From NCBI RefSeq assembly GCF_035084215.1, contig NC_090350.1, forward strand, positions 35,836,001-35,900,000: a DNA stretch of 64,000 bases, given 5' to 3'. Positions within the stretch are counted from its first letter, which is position 1. Each line of letters opens with the position of its first letter. The translations under genes were made by a program, and so were the position numbers. Positions 23,461-36,205 of this stretch are shown piece by piece. Below the pieces are notes generated by a model. The model saw only the letters and a list, made by a program, of their open reading frames with translations. It was not told the origin of the DNA and did no database searches. Origin of the DNA: Heptranchias perlo. Its lineage: Eukaryota.

Positions 23461-25215
23461 GGATGTAACTTATATGGTGGATGGGGCAATTGCAGTGGAT
23501 GTGGTTGTACGTGGATTTTCAGAAAGCCTTTGAAAAAGTACTACACAGGAAACTTGGAGAAGATCAAGGGGCATGGAATTAGGGAAACTGTAGCGTATTA
23601 GATTAAAAACTGGTTAAAAATGTGGAAAAAGTGAGAAGTTAAGGGCAGTTTCTTGTGTGGTTGGAAGTAGGTAGCGGTGTCCCACAGGGTTCTGTTCTAA
23701 GACTGCTTCTGTTCACTGCGTATATCAATAATTTGAATGTAGGACTAGAGGAAGTAGTGTCAATTTGCAGATGATACTGAAATAGGCATAGTAAATAATT
23801 CTGAGGACCAAGGGAAGCTGCAAGACGATATTGATAAGATGGTGCAATGGGCAGATGGAATTCTGTCAGTATGTGAGGTGGTACGTTTAAAAAAATTTTT
23901 TTATTTTGAATTGGGGAAAGCTGGATAGAATCATAGAAGTTTACAACATGGAAACAGGCCCTTCGGCCCAACATGTCCATGTCGCCCAGTTTATACCACT
24001 AAGCTAGTCCCAATTGCCTGCAATAGAATCATAGAAGTGTGGATCATCAGAGGGATTTGTGGATTCAGGTTCACAAGACATTAAAGGACATTTGTGGCCT
24101 AACCAATGTGACATCACATTTTTGCTGTTATGTTCTGTACCCCAATTCTAAAACCCAAAATTCCACTTGCCTTTTTATGACCTTGTTTACATTCACTCCC
24201 ACCTTTTAAAGATCTATGTACCTGCATGCATAGCGCTCTGTTTCTTCAGTCTGCTAAGAGTCTTTGCCATTTACGGCATAGTTCCTTCCACTGTTCTTTT
24301 TCCTAAAATTGCTACTCAAAATTTGTCTATATTAAACTGCATTTGCCGCCTATGTGCCCATTCTGCTAACCTGTCTATATCTTCCTGCAATCACCTGCAT
24401 TCTTACTCACAGTTTGCCATGACCCCTAATTTAGTATCAACATTCCTTGCTATCCTGGCAAACATTTATCCCTCAACCAACATCACTAAAACAGATTTTC
24501 TGGTCATTTATTTCATTGCTGTTTGTGGGATTTTGCTGTGTGCAAATCAGCTACTGCATCTTCCACCATCGTAACAGTGACTGAACTTCAAAAGTATTTC
24601 ATTGACTGTGAAGCGCTTTAGGGCATCCTGGCATTATGAAAGATACCATAAAAATCCAAGTTTGTTCATTAAGTGCATGATGCCATTAAAAAAGATAATG
24701 CAATGACAGGTTTCATGGCGAGAGGTAGATATAAAAGTCTATGTGCAGTTTTGGGCTCCACACTATGGAAAGGATGTTGAGGCAATAGAGAGGGAACAGC
24801 ACAGATTCACTAGGATGCTGCCTGGTATGAGTTAATACAAATAAGAAGATGACTTGAAAAACTGGGGCCATTTTCATTAGAACAGAGAAGATTAAGGGGT
24901 GATTTCATAAGATTATGAAGGGACTGAACAGGGTAGATAGAAACTGATTGTTTCCAGTGATTGAGGGGGCATAGATGCAAGAGATTTAGGACAGAGAGCA
25001 GGAGAAATGTTTTTCTGTTTAGAGGGTTGTGATTCTACAGCATGCATCACCAGAGTTAATGATTGAAGCAGAGATCATGTCAATATTTAAGAATAGGTTA
25101 GATAGGTGATTGAAGGAAAGGAGAATAAAGGGATATGGAAATAGGGTAAGGGCACATGGGTTACTGCTCATGCGGTTTGGCCTAATGGCCTATTTCTGTG
25201 TTGTAATTTCTGTGT
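23460..25215 (+). mobile_element. Old CR1 LINE with nested inserts (antisense CR1 tail 23925-24038, antisense CR1 piece ~24095-24440, DeuSINE 3' half ~24445-24665)
   Basis: RT motifs DFQKAFEKV, GVPQGSVL and FADD are recognisable at 23500-23790; the CR1 3' part resumes near 24670 and ends in a ctgtgttgtaatttct tail. Confidence 0.75.
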
Positions 25216-26014
25216 AATTTTTCTTGGTCTGTTGGCTTAGACCACACTAGGTAATCATCAGAGGAGCTCCCCTTCATTGACTCAAAGTTAGCATCTTCAT
25301 TCTTGGATGCTGATTTTAATTAAATGGGTTATTAAATAACTCAGAAATTGGCCATTATAGAGTTATTTAATGGCTAGACTGTGTCAATGTATAATATAAG
25401 CTAATCTTCAAAACAATTAACAAAGGTGAAGTATTACAAGAAAATAGGCTTACTCAACCATATGGCAGGTAATTTTCACTTTTGAACAAGCAGCCAAGAG
25501 TATTCCTTTGTCCTACCAGTGCAGAACATGAATGTTGTGTCTTCCAATTGAATATTTGACCTAAGCTGTGAACCACATGATCAGATTTCCACACTGTTTA
25601 CTATCAGGTTTAGGTTGTCCCTAGGGAATGAGTTAGATATTTTTAACTCCAGAAGACCTGAGCTAACTGAGAGAGCAGTAGGGATGCTACAAGTGGCCCC
25701 AGTGCCCGGGCTAAAAGGGGGTGGGGGGAGGGCTGATCCCCCATGTAAGATGGATGAGGCTCTGCTGCAATGCCCTCTGTGGTTGAATTGTCTGCTGGCA
25801 CCCATTGTGTAGGCTCACCTGAGAATGGCAGGAGAAAAGGGGGAAATGTAAACACACATTATTTAAATATAAAGATCTGCTCCTGCTGTATGCATTCCAA
25901 CTGAAATGTGCCCCCATAGTGCATTTTGACCTGAAGTAAATCCAACATAAAGCTTCAAGGCAGAGCAAAAACCTTTGTGTAAATCGACATTCAACGGAAT
26001 GTTGGATCTTTGCT

Positions 26015-26739
26015 TTAGATTTTAGTTTCCTCTATTTTAGAGTCGAGTCTGTTTTCCTCAGGTTTAGGAGAGTAAAAACTGTTGGAAAGTATTTTCATCC
26101 TCTTGTTTATCAAAGGTCTGCTCTCGCAAATCGATCGGAATCCATCCTCTTGTAAGCTGTCTGTTTCATCAGTTGTTAGCGCGCGGTGTGTTGTGACAGT
26201 GGGATGAAGATACTTGTAATAAATGTACTTTATGATTATGCCAACAAAATATGATGATGGTATAGCAATAAGGAGTTGTAACGTGTAGGCAGCAGTTAAA
26301 ACTGGGTCTCTATAGAGCCACCAAGATCCAACTAAAATCCCGCAATCAACTACCATGAATGAGTGATAGATAATCTGTCTGATTTTCGTTTTCCCCTCAG
26401 AAATATTAAGCCAGATGAAATACAAGATCACTGCCACTGTACCCCTGTAGAAGACCTCTTCGGGAAGGCTGTTCATGAAGGTTGTGCCTTGCTGCCATGC
26501 CCAAAAGAACATGGGCAGCCAAATGAGAGCAAAGTGCAAGAGGGCATAGTGTCTGAATATGGTTGCAAACAGGGCAATGCTGACAATCCTGGGACAGATG
26601 AGCAGCAGGTTACACAGGAAATAAGACACCGCGGACTTGAATCTAAGGCGCATTTTGTCAGAAAGAGACGTGCGTAGGGACTGGTGAAAATCCAGGACTG
26701 CCCAGGCAATGGAGAGAAAAGAGGCCACAATGGAGAAAT
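26015..26739 (-). CDS. XKR8: XKR8 exon 3 (terminal), XK-related phospholipid scramblase
   Basis: ttccacag|AT TTC...TAA; 725 nt; multi-TM (Y)FSIVASFLSIAWAVLDFH...YFLCNLLLICPRI...IYYKYLHP; DETD caspase-type motif. Confidence 0.93.
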
Positions 26740-27174
26740 CTGTGGAAATTGGAACAATATCTAGTGAGTGGAGGATGCACGGAAAGGTTCATCACACTTT
26801 CTTGCTTAAACATTTCATTTAATAGAGACTAAGATTTGTTTTGAAAAACTGCCATACTCTGATTCACAAGATAACCCCTTTAAAGGGAATAGTACTATTT
26901 CAACCATAAGAGTAAAATTTTTAGTTTATCAAATACTTGACAATTACTATATAATGTGCACAAGGAGTCTACTATTGTGCAATTTCACTAAGAAACCAGC
27001 CTCCAAGTACCATTTCATCAGCCCCTAACCTGTTACGCATTTACTTAAGTTACAAATGTCACTAAAAGAACCCCTGTTCACTTAAGGAAGAACAAAGTTA
27101 TGGAGCTCTGAGTATATGAATCACTTATTTTTCACCTAACGTTCTCTTCTCTTTCTCCCTGTTGGTGGAAGGAG

Positions 27175-27375
27175 GGGGCAAATTAGCTGGGGATCATCAT
27201 CCAGCGACTCTTGTTGGAAAATGTTTGCGTGTGAGGATAGGACTGGTTTTGGCTATGATGCCTCACAGTCATATAGCCTGCTGACAATGTTTCTGGGCTT
27301 CCATGTGAAGGACATGAGAGAAGAACTGGGCTCCTTGGAACTGATCTCCGGTAACAAAACCCTCAGGAAAGGAGA
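27175..27375 (+). mobile_element. tRNA-derived SINE (AmnSINE2/MamSINE1-like) 3' part
   Basis: atccagcgactcttgttggaaaatg...gtgaggataggactgg...atagcctgctgaca is shared with 46630-46840 and 57130-57335. Confidence 0.5.
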
Positions 27376-28579
27376 GATGATGATTTTGCGAAGGAGTGGG
27401 CAGGGGAAGTGTCGAACTTTTTAAAATAGTTACAAAACTGTGGGAAAACAGCAGTGGTGTAGTTCTCAAAAGATTTAGTTATGTCTATTATGAAAGAGAT
27501 TGGTCTGAAAAGTGAAGTATTGTGTTTTTATATGTGGAAGCAAATCTGTGTTGAGTAACTGTTGTCAGGTTTTTGATGCAAGAGTTCCTGTGCGAGTTTT
27601 AATTTGTCATGTGCTTTAGGTAGCTGTCTTCCTTTAAATGGAATTTCGCTCTCCCATTTATGTCAGTCAATGGCACCAAGTGAGAACTGCAAAGGGTGGG
27701 GTTTCCATTTTACCATAGAATCTTGAAATCCTTTGAAATCCCTGTTGTGCTCTGACGTCGACCATAGTGAGGGGCTGATCGGGATCCCTTTGGGACAAGT
27801 AAGTTGCGGGAGGCCAGTGCACAGCGGGGTGTGTAGTCAATGACAGACGGAAGGAGGGGACGTACTGGTGGGTTTTTAAAGGCAATTGTAACACAGAAAT
27901 ATAACAAAATGAGAACACAATGCAAAATGAGAACTGAAACACCAACGGTAAAATACAATTCAATAGAATTTACAATTAGGGGTCTCTTAACTAAAGTGAA
28001 CTTAAAAATGAGGTGACATCAGAAAAAAAAATTAAAACAAAGCCTGCTAAAGAAAACTCGAATTCCAAAGTGCGCTTTGCCCGTTTTGTGCGTGCATGAA
28101 TTCCAATAAATATGTCACTTAACAGCTATCCATATCAGCGAGATTTCTCAGTTTCTGGTCTCGCTAGGATCTCCCTTGTGAATAGAAAGCACAACTTGTG
28201 CCCTCAAACAGAATTCTATGTCCATTCTCAGGAGGTTAGCTCCAAGGTCCTGGTCCCCCCCCCCCCCAATCAAGTTAACTGGTTCATTAAGGCTTTCAAT
28301 TTGCACAGCTCATGCTACTGGCTATTTTTGAATATCCATTCAAGTGGATACTTACTATGGGCCTGTTGGATCAAACTGGTTTTGAAAGATGCAATTATAT
28401 AAAGCTGCTTTTTAGAATCATTACAACCTTAATATCGTTTTACAAAAAAAATTAACAAAATGCTGTTGACTTGTTCTTGGTTGTGCAACTGATATACAGT
28501 TGCCCTCTTAAGGTTTCTGTTTCACAAAAAGGCGGGTGAGGGAAGTTTTGACCTGCTTACTGCAGCACTTAGCACTTAC

Positions 28580-28770
28580 ACTGGTAAAGCTCCACCCGGT
28601 TCTTCTGGATAATGATGTACAGCATAAGTGTGAGTTGAGGAGCGCTTTCAAAAATGGTCTCGAAGAGTCGTAACATGCTGATATCGCTGACCAGATAAAT
28701 GGCATACTGGAAGCCCGTGGTGTCCTTTCCTTTGTACACTTGGAATCCCAGCTCCAGTGCTGCTACGTAC
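28580..28770 (-). CDS. XKR8: XKR8 exon 2
   Basis: ccattcag|G TAC...CAG T|gtaagt; 191 nt; YVAALELG...SDISMLRLFETIFESAPQLTLMLYII, the XK-family signature. Confidence 0.95.
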
Positions 28771-29219
28771 CTGAATGGAACAAAATTAAATTGATAAATT
28801 AACAACCTGGTGCATCTTTCACCTTCTGTTGTGTAGGTCTCTAGATATTGGTGAGGAAGGTCAATCAGCTTATCCTCATTCATCAATCTAGAAAAACCTA
28901 CAGTTCCTTATTGCAGCATCCAACTATTTCTTAAATTATTCCTATATCTTCACCTTTACTCAAAACCTGGCCCAGATGTTAATCACTTTGTGTGACGAAC
29001 TTTGACTTCAGTCCTAAATTAATATAGTGTACCTTTTCTGTACTGTTAAATATCTTGTAGCCTCCTTTCAATCTTCTAACAGTAGGGATCAGCCTTGTGG
29101 CCGTTCTCTACACCACCTCCAAAGTAATGCAATTCTATACAACTGAATGGCAAGTTTCCCTTTGAATAAGTTTCTTCTTCTGATAAATTACAACCCATCT
29201 TTGGGCAGCCTTGTCTTAA

Positions 29220-29512
29220 AGAAAAAGAACTTCTGTTTATTTAGCGCCTTTCACAAACTCAGGACATCCTAAAGCACTTTACCGCCAATTAAGTATTTTT
29301 GAAATGTAGTCACTGTTGTAATGTAGGAAACATGGCAGTCAAATTGCGCACAGCAAGGTCCCAAAAATGAGATAACTGACCAGATTATCTGTTTCAGTGA
29401 TGTTGATTGAGGGATTAAATATTAGCCAGGACGCTGGAACGAACTCCCCTGCTCTTTGAAATAGTGCCACGAGATCTTTCAGGTCCACCTGAAAGGGCAG
29501 ACGGGGCCACCA
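29220..29512 (-). mobile_element. DeuSINE-family element
   Basis: Reverse complement of ggccccgtctgccctttcaggtggac...ggcactatttcaaagagcaggggagtt...aaggcgctaaataaa. Confidence 0.8.
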
Positions 29513-30234
29513 CTGCCAATAAACCCTGTAGCTGACTGCCAAGAACACAGTCTCAAGCTCCACCATGTAGAAAGACTGGGGACCATATCAAGGTAAAATA
29601 TTGAATGGTACAGTTAAGACAATCCTAGAATATTACTTTTAAAGTAACCTAAGGGAGTAGGACCAGGGAATGTTAATTTAAACTAGTGAAAAGTAAATCT
29701 AATAACTATATTTGGAACATCTTCACTCAAAGGGCAATAAATGTCTGGATACATTACTGCACAACTGTCCCAGGGTGTGTTCTCGAATTATTTACATTCT
29801 AGAATTATTTACATTATGAAGTTGATAAGAACTGGCTTAAATCTGCTGCCTGGACGGGTGTAATAGTATTGTTAAAAGGAAATGGAGAGACACAGATGGA
29901 AAGGGGAAGAGAGAGAGTGGAACAAAATGAGTGGGAAGGACGGGGGTCACAGCCAGGAAGAAACGCACAATAATGATAATGCAAACGCAGCTCCATTTAA
30001 ATTAATGGAACTGGTGTTACTTGTTTACAGTGAGACGCATTGTGATAGGTGACAGTTTCTACCAAAAAGTTGAATCAAGTGAGATAAATGAATTGTCGTC
30101 TTTGTGTAACTGTTATCGGTCGTCTATAGATTTATAGGAGCGAATGTGAAACCAGTCTTTGTTTCCCATCCTTTCTGGTCAACAAAAGATATCTTATGTA
30201 TCTATTTGAATGTACTTTTTTCACCAATTTTGCC

Positions 30235-30600
30235 GCTTTTTCCCTCCTTTTCTCCTGGGACCATTAACTCATGGCTGGGGTACTTTCCACAGGTGCCAGG
30301 AAGCCCCCAGTATCTCGTCCAAGTGGCCATTATTCTAAGATAGTGAATGTCAGTAGACTATTCCCTCACAGATGAGGCATCACAGCCAAGCCCAGTGCTG
30401 GCCTCACAACATGTGCACCTCCAGCAAGGGTCACTTGGATTGATCAAGAAAGAGCAACCCTTTGTTAAAGCTGCCACCCACCCCCTTTAACCCAGGGATG
30501 GTGAGGCCAATGGTAGCACATCACCCCAGCTGAGACCAGCGAACTCAACAGATCAAATTTGGGGCCACTGAGTTTTAGCTACCCCCTGAGCCATCTGATG
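30235..30600 (-). mobile_element. tRNA-derived SINE (AmnSINE2/MamSINE1-like)
   Basis: ggcatcacagccaagccc, ccagcaagggtcac, tgaggccaatggtagc and cagctgagaccagcgaactca motifs; head near 30590. Confidence 0.5.
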
Positions 30601-30964
30601 TTCCTAATTCTTTCCTCTCCCCCAATGTAGTATTTCACTACCCCAGCCTCCTTGGTCCCATTCTGTCTCAAAACCCCCTCCCTCTTTTTAATTCCTGCTT
30701 TCCCATACTTTGTCCATGTCTCTCTCTCTTTCTCTGCCCATTTCTTTTTTCACCAGTCCCTCCCTGCCTTATTCTTTTTCTTCCCCCTTGGGTTATGTCT
30801 CTCTTCCCCCTGCCTCCTGTCTTTTGCAACAGGCTTTTTCTCCCTCTGTTTCGAACTAGTGCTGACCCTCTTTCCCCATATGTTATGGTGCTGCCCTGAT
30901 GCCCAATTTGTTCTCTCTGCCTCTTTTACTCTGTCTGTATCCGCCCCTGATGCTGCCCTTAGGT

Positions 30965-31858
30965 TTTTGAATGATGTCACCAATCAGGTTCCACATGTAC
31001 ACTGACGGCACCCAGTTCGACCTCACCACCACCTCTCTCGACCCCTCCGCTGTCTCTGATTTGTCACACTGCTTGTCCAACATCCAGTACTGGATGAGCA
31101 AAAATTTCTTCCAACTAAATATTGGGACGGCCGAAGCTATTGTCTTCGATCCCCACCGCTGGCCACTGTCTAAGGCTGAACCAGATCGTTCGCAACCTTT
31201 GCATCCTATTTGACCCTGAGATGAGCTTCCAACTCCATATCTGCTCCATCACCAAGACCGCCTACTTCACCTCCGTAATATCACCCGTCTCCACCCCTAC
31301 CTCTGCTCATCTGCTGCTGAAACCCTTTGTTACCTCTAGACTTGACTATTCCCATGCTTTCCTGGCCGGCTTTCCATTTTCCACCCTCCATAAACTTGAG
31401 TTCATCCAAAACTCTGCTGCCCGTATCCTAACTCGCACCAAGTCTCGTTCACCCGTCACCCCTGTGCTCGTCGACCTGTATTGGCTCCCGGTCCAGGAAT
31501 GCCTCAATTTCAAAATTCCCATCCTTGTTTTCAAATCCCTCCCATGGCCTTGACCCTTCCTATCCCTGTAACCTCCTCCAGCCCTACGACCCTCCGAGAT
31601 TTCTGCACTCCTCCCATTCTTGCCTCTTGGGCATCCCTGATTTTAATCACACTGGAATTCCCTCCCTAAACCTCACACTCTCTCCTCCTTTAAGAAACTC
31701 CTTGAAACCTACCTCTTTGCCCAAGCTTTTGGTCACTTGACCTAATATCTTCTTATGTGGCTCCATGTCAATTTTTTTTTTTGATAAAGCTCCTGTGCAG
31801 CGTCTTGGGACGTTTTACTAGGTTAAAGGCGCTACATAAATGCAAGTTGTTGTTGTTG
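30965..31858 (+). mobile_element. L2-clade LINE 3' fragment in XKR8 intron 1, antisense to the gene
   Basis: ORFs FHMYTDGTQ...WMSKNFFQLNIG and FVTSRLDYSHAFLAG...QNSAARILTRTK...LYWLPV...FKI; (ttg)n tail. Confidence 0.92.
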
Positions 31859-31868
31859 AGGTACTGAC

Positions 31869-32200
31869 CTGACCAGGAATCCCAGTTGCAGCCAGTGTAA
31901 CAACCCCATACCACGGTCTCCTCCCCCGGGGGTCTTCAATTCTGGGAGACGTACGGAACTGGAAAGTCTCTTTAGCTCGTCTTGATCTCCAACAAACCAG
32001 CACCAGCTGAACAGCTGAACCACCGCCGAGCAAAGGAGCACCAGAAATAACACGGTGCCGCCCCAGAAATAATCTCCTGCCAAGAAGAAGGAGACCACGA
32101 CCCAGACATCGGTCCCAACGTCGATGAGAAAAGTGGCCAGACCGAGCCAGATGAAGATCAGATCAACCACAGAGAAACGAAACTCATCGCCCGAAGCCAT
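31869..32200 (-). CDS. XKR8: XKR8 exon 1 coding part
   Basis: ATG at 32200; MASGDEFRFSVVDLIF...DVGTDVWVV...QLFSWCWF...LLHWLQLGFLVR|gtcagt; the three exons total 1248 nt (415 aa plus stop). Confidence 0.94.
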
Positions 32201-33409
32201 ATTCGGAATAAAACAGTGTTTTTAAAAAAAAAAGTTTGTCGTCATTTACCAATCAGCTCGTCTCTTAATTGAACTTGGAAACTTTTCGCTCCGCTTTGGG
32301 TCGTGGCTGTTACTGCAAGCCCAACACTCTGCATCTTCCCTCCCCGCACTCCCTGGATCGCATGTTGTTTCATTTTGCCTCCAGCTGAGTTCAATTGCTT
32401 TAATTTCTATGTTTCCAGGAGGAATTTTTTAAAAAATATATGTGGTATGTGATAAGGAAATGAAATCAAACAAGAGTGAACATAGCTTTTCTGCACTCTT
32501 CAGTGGCACCCTCTAGTGTTCCTCACTCCAAGAAAAGCTCCACTGCTCAGAGTGGCTCGGTGCCTTTTGCTGTATGTCATCTCACTGTTTTTTGGTATAA
32601 ACATGTTAGCATGTTTATACCAAAAAAAAACTCTTTTAAAAAAAAACACACACACATACAGCTCCGAGAGGTGAAATCCCTCCTTTTTTAGCACGAGTGA
32701 AAAAAGGGGTTTCCCATTTTGCACTCATATTAACGTTTTCCAACAAAGTTAGTGAAAGGGGGAATGTCATCCCATGTTTAAGTGAATTGGCCACCTCTCT
32801 CACTCCTTTTGATTATCAAGCTCGCCCTTCATCTTTCCCTGACGCTGACAGCTCTGCTTTCAGATTCTTCAGTGCACAGGGAGTTTGTTTTCTGGGAGGC
32901 CAAAGCAATTTTCCCCCTCGCTTCTCTTCTGAAGCCTCCTCATGCTGGAGTTACAACAACTAGTTTTAGTATCAAAAACGGAACAAGCGAGAGACTAAAA
33001 ACCCAGTACATAGTCGGAGAAAATCTAGTTTTATTTTGAGTATCATAAAAGTATATAAACGTGCTGCAATGCAATACAAGTTTCCATGTTAAATTATTTT
33101 AACAGTAAAATACATTTACACTATTTGTGGATGGACTGTGTTGACTGAAAATATATATTTAAAGTGGCACATGACCACCATAGATTCTTGAAGCACAAAT
33201 ATTTTAAAGTTTTTCAAATATGAAATTGTTGATAAGATTTATTTTTCAGTATTTGCTATGAATTATATATTGTGGTCATTGTATGCAGTGTATCCATTTT
33301 GTCGTCCGCTGTAGTCATTATCTAGGCTTTTCAGATATACTTCATTTTGTACACTTTGTTTTCAAGCATATCATTGTTTCACAAGGCTTGTAAAAGACAC
33401 ACTGCCTTG

Positions 33410-33815
33410 GGACAAACCAAGGACCGATCTAGCAGCCAAATCTAGCCAGCAGAATTTTATACCACCACAAACTGTAACCTCATAGCCTGGTACATCCCTC
33501 ACTCCTCCATCACAGAGGGAAGGTCATTGTCCTGCACTGACCTCAGTTTTGCTAGGGTTCCTTGATGCCATACTTAGTTGAAAACTACCTTGATGGTAAG
33601 GGTAGCTACTCTCACCTCTCCTCTGGCCTTCAGTTCTTGGATCTATGCCTGGATCAAGGATGTGATGAAGTTTGGAGCAGAGTGGTTCTGGTGGAACCTA
33701 ACCTGAGATTTGGTAGGTTATTGGGGAGTAGGTATTGCTTGTTGGTACTATTGATGACTCCTTCTATCACATTACTGATGATTGCGAGGTGGCTGATTGG
33801 GTGGTAATTGGTTAT
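33410..33815. mobile_element. Older rearranged fragments (sense then antisense) of the adjacent LINE family
   Basis: 33420-33515 resembles 34060-34180 in sense; 33516-33815 resembles the reverse complement of 34830-35150. Confidence 0.6.
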
Positions 33816-33879
33816 GTTAAACAAGCAGGTAATAGCAATGCCAAACAAGAAAACGTCTAGCCATCTTCCTCTAATCTTT

Positions 33880-36205
33880 AACAGCATAATCATTGCTGTC
33901 CTCACCAATCTACCTGTTGTAGATGCATCTGTCCATGACAGTATTGGTAGGAGTGACCACCGCACAGTCTTCGTGGAGACGAAGTCCTGTCTTCGCACTG
34001 AGGACACCATCCAACGTGTTGTGTGGCACTCCTACTGTGCTAAATGGAGTAGATTCAGAACAGATCTAGCAGCTCAAAACTGGGCATCCATGAGATGTTG
34101 TAGGACATCAGCAGCAGCAGAATTGTATTCCAGCACAATCTGTAACCTCATGGCCCGGCATATTCCTCACGCTACCATTACCAACAAGCCAGAGATCAAC
34201 CCTGGTTCAATGAGGAGTGTAGAAGAGCATGCCAGGAGCAGCACCAGGCGTACCTAAAAATGAGGTGCCAACCTGGTGAAGCTACAATTCAGGACTACAT
34301 GCATGCTAAACAGCGGAAGCAACATACTATAGCCAGAGCTAAACGATTCCACAACCAACAGATCAGATCAAAGCTCTGCAGTCCTGCCACATCCAGTCAT
34401 GAATGCTGGTGGACAATTAAACAACTAACGGGAGGAGGAGGCTCTGTAAACATCCCCATCCTCAATGATGGCAGAGTCCAGCACGTGAGTGCAAAAGACA
34501 AGGCTGAAGCGTTTGTAACTATCTTCAGCCAGAAATGCCGAGTGGATGATCCATCTCGGCCTCCTCCCGATATCCCCACCATCACAGAAGCCAGTCTTCA
34601 GCCAATTCGATTCACTCCACGTGATATTAAGAAATGGCTGAGTGCACCGGATACAGCAAAGGCTATGGGCCCCAACAACATCCCGGCTATAGTGCTGAAG
34701 ACTTGTGCTCCAGAACTAGCCGCGTCTCTAGCCAAACTCTTCCAGTACAGCTACAACACTGGCATCTATCCGACAATGTGGAAAATTGCCCAGGTATGTC
34801 CTGTCCACAAAAAGCAGGACAAATCCAATCCGGCCAATTACCGCCCCATCAGTCTACTCTCAATCATCAGCAAAGTGATGGAAGGTGTCATCGACAGTGC
34901 TATCAAGCGGCACTTACTCACCAATAACCTGCTCACCGATGCTCAGTTTGGGTTCCGCCAGGACCACTCGGCTCCAGACCTCATTACAGCCTTGGTCCAA
35001 ACATGGACAAAAGAGCTGAATTCCAGAGGTGAGGTGAGAGTGACTGCCCTTGACATCAAGGCAGCATTTGAATGAGTGAGGCACCAAGGAGCCCTAGTAA
35101 AATTGAAGTCAATGGGAATTAGGGGGAAAGCTCTCCAGTGGCTGGAGTCATACCTAGCGCAAAGGAAGATGGTAGTGGTTGTTGGAGGCCAATCATCTCA
35201 GCCCCAGGATATTGCTGCAGGAGTTCCTCAGGGCAGTGTCCTCAGCCCAACCATCTTTAACTGCTTCATCAATGACCTTCCCTGCATCATAAGGTCAGAA
35301 ATGGGCCTCGCTGATGATTGCACAGTGTTCAGTTCCATTCGCAACCCCTCAGATAATGAAGCTGTCCATGCCCGCATGCAGCAAGACCTGGACAACATCC
35401 AGGCTTGGGCTGATAAGTGGCAAGTAACATTCACGCCAGACAAGTGCCAGGCAATGACCACCTCCAACAAGAGAGAGTCGAACCACCTCCCCTTGACATT
35501 CAATGGCATTACCATCGCCGAATCCCCCACCATCAACATCCTGGTGGTCACCATTGACCAGAAACTTAACTGGACCAGCCATATAAATACTGTGGCTGCA
35601 AGAGCAGGTCAGAGGCTGGGTATTCTGCGGCGAGTGACTCACTTCCTGACTCCCCAAAGCCTTTCCACCATCTACAAGGCACAAGTCAGGAGTGTGATGG
35701 AATACTCTCCACTTGCCTGGATGAGTGCAGCTCCAACAACACTCAAGAAGCTCGACACCATCCAGGACAAAGCAGCCCGCTTGATTGGCACCCCATCCAC
35801 CACCCTAAACATTCACTCCCTTCACCTCCGGCGCACAGTGGCTGCAGTGTGTACCATCCACAGGATGCATTGCAGCAAATCGCCAAGGCTTCTTCGACAG
35901 CACCTCCCAAACCTGCGACCTCTACCACCTAGAAGGACAATGGCAGCAGGCACATAGGAACAACACCATCTGCACGTTCCCTTCCAAGTCACACACCATC
36001 CCGACTTGGAAATATATCGCCGTTCCTTCATCGTCGCTGGGTCAAAATCCTGGAACTCCCTACCTAACAGCACTGTGGGAGAACCGTCACCACACGGACT
36101 GCAGCGGTTCAAGAAGGCGGCTCACCACCACCTTCTCAAGGGCAATTCGGGCAATAAATGCCGGCCTCGCCAGTGACGCCCACATCCCATGAACGAATAA
36201 AAAAA
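33880..36205 (+). mobile_element. Young 5'-truncated CR1-related LINE (RSg-1-like): endonuclease end, RT and 3' UTR
   Basis: ORFs 33808-34257 (GRSDH), 34260-35075 (NYRPISLLS, QFGFR, LDIKAAF) and 35076-35957 (GVPQGSVL, LADD); few disablements; tail gcccacatcccatgaacgaataaaaaaa. Confidence 0.95.

Noticed and set aside
26363-26757. Overlapping or antisense ORFs in XKR8 exon 3, and similar shadow ORFs over LINEs and exons
   Set aside because: Alternative frames of real coding or LINE sequence with no independent motifs.
30652-31005. Hydrophobic Phe/Leu/Ser-rich ORF resembling a membrane protein
   Set aside because: Translation of a CT-rich low-complexity intronic tract running into an L2 fragment.
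33808-35957. Active autonomous LINE or domesticated RT gene
   Set aside because: 5'-truncated, with a frameshift near 34200, an in-frame stop at 35073-35075 and a damaged FADD region.
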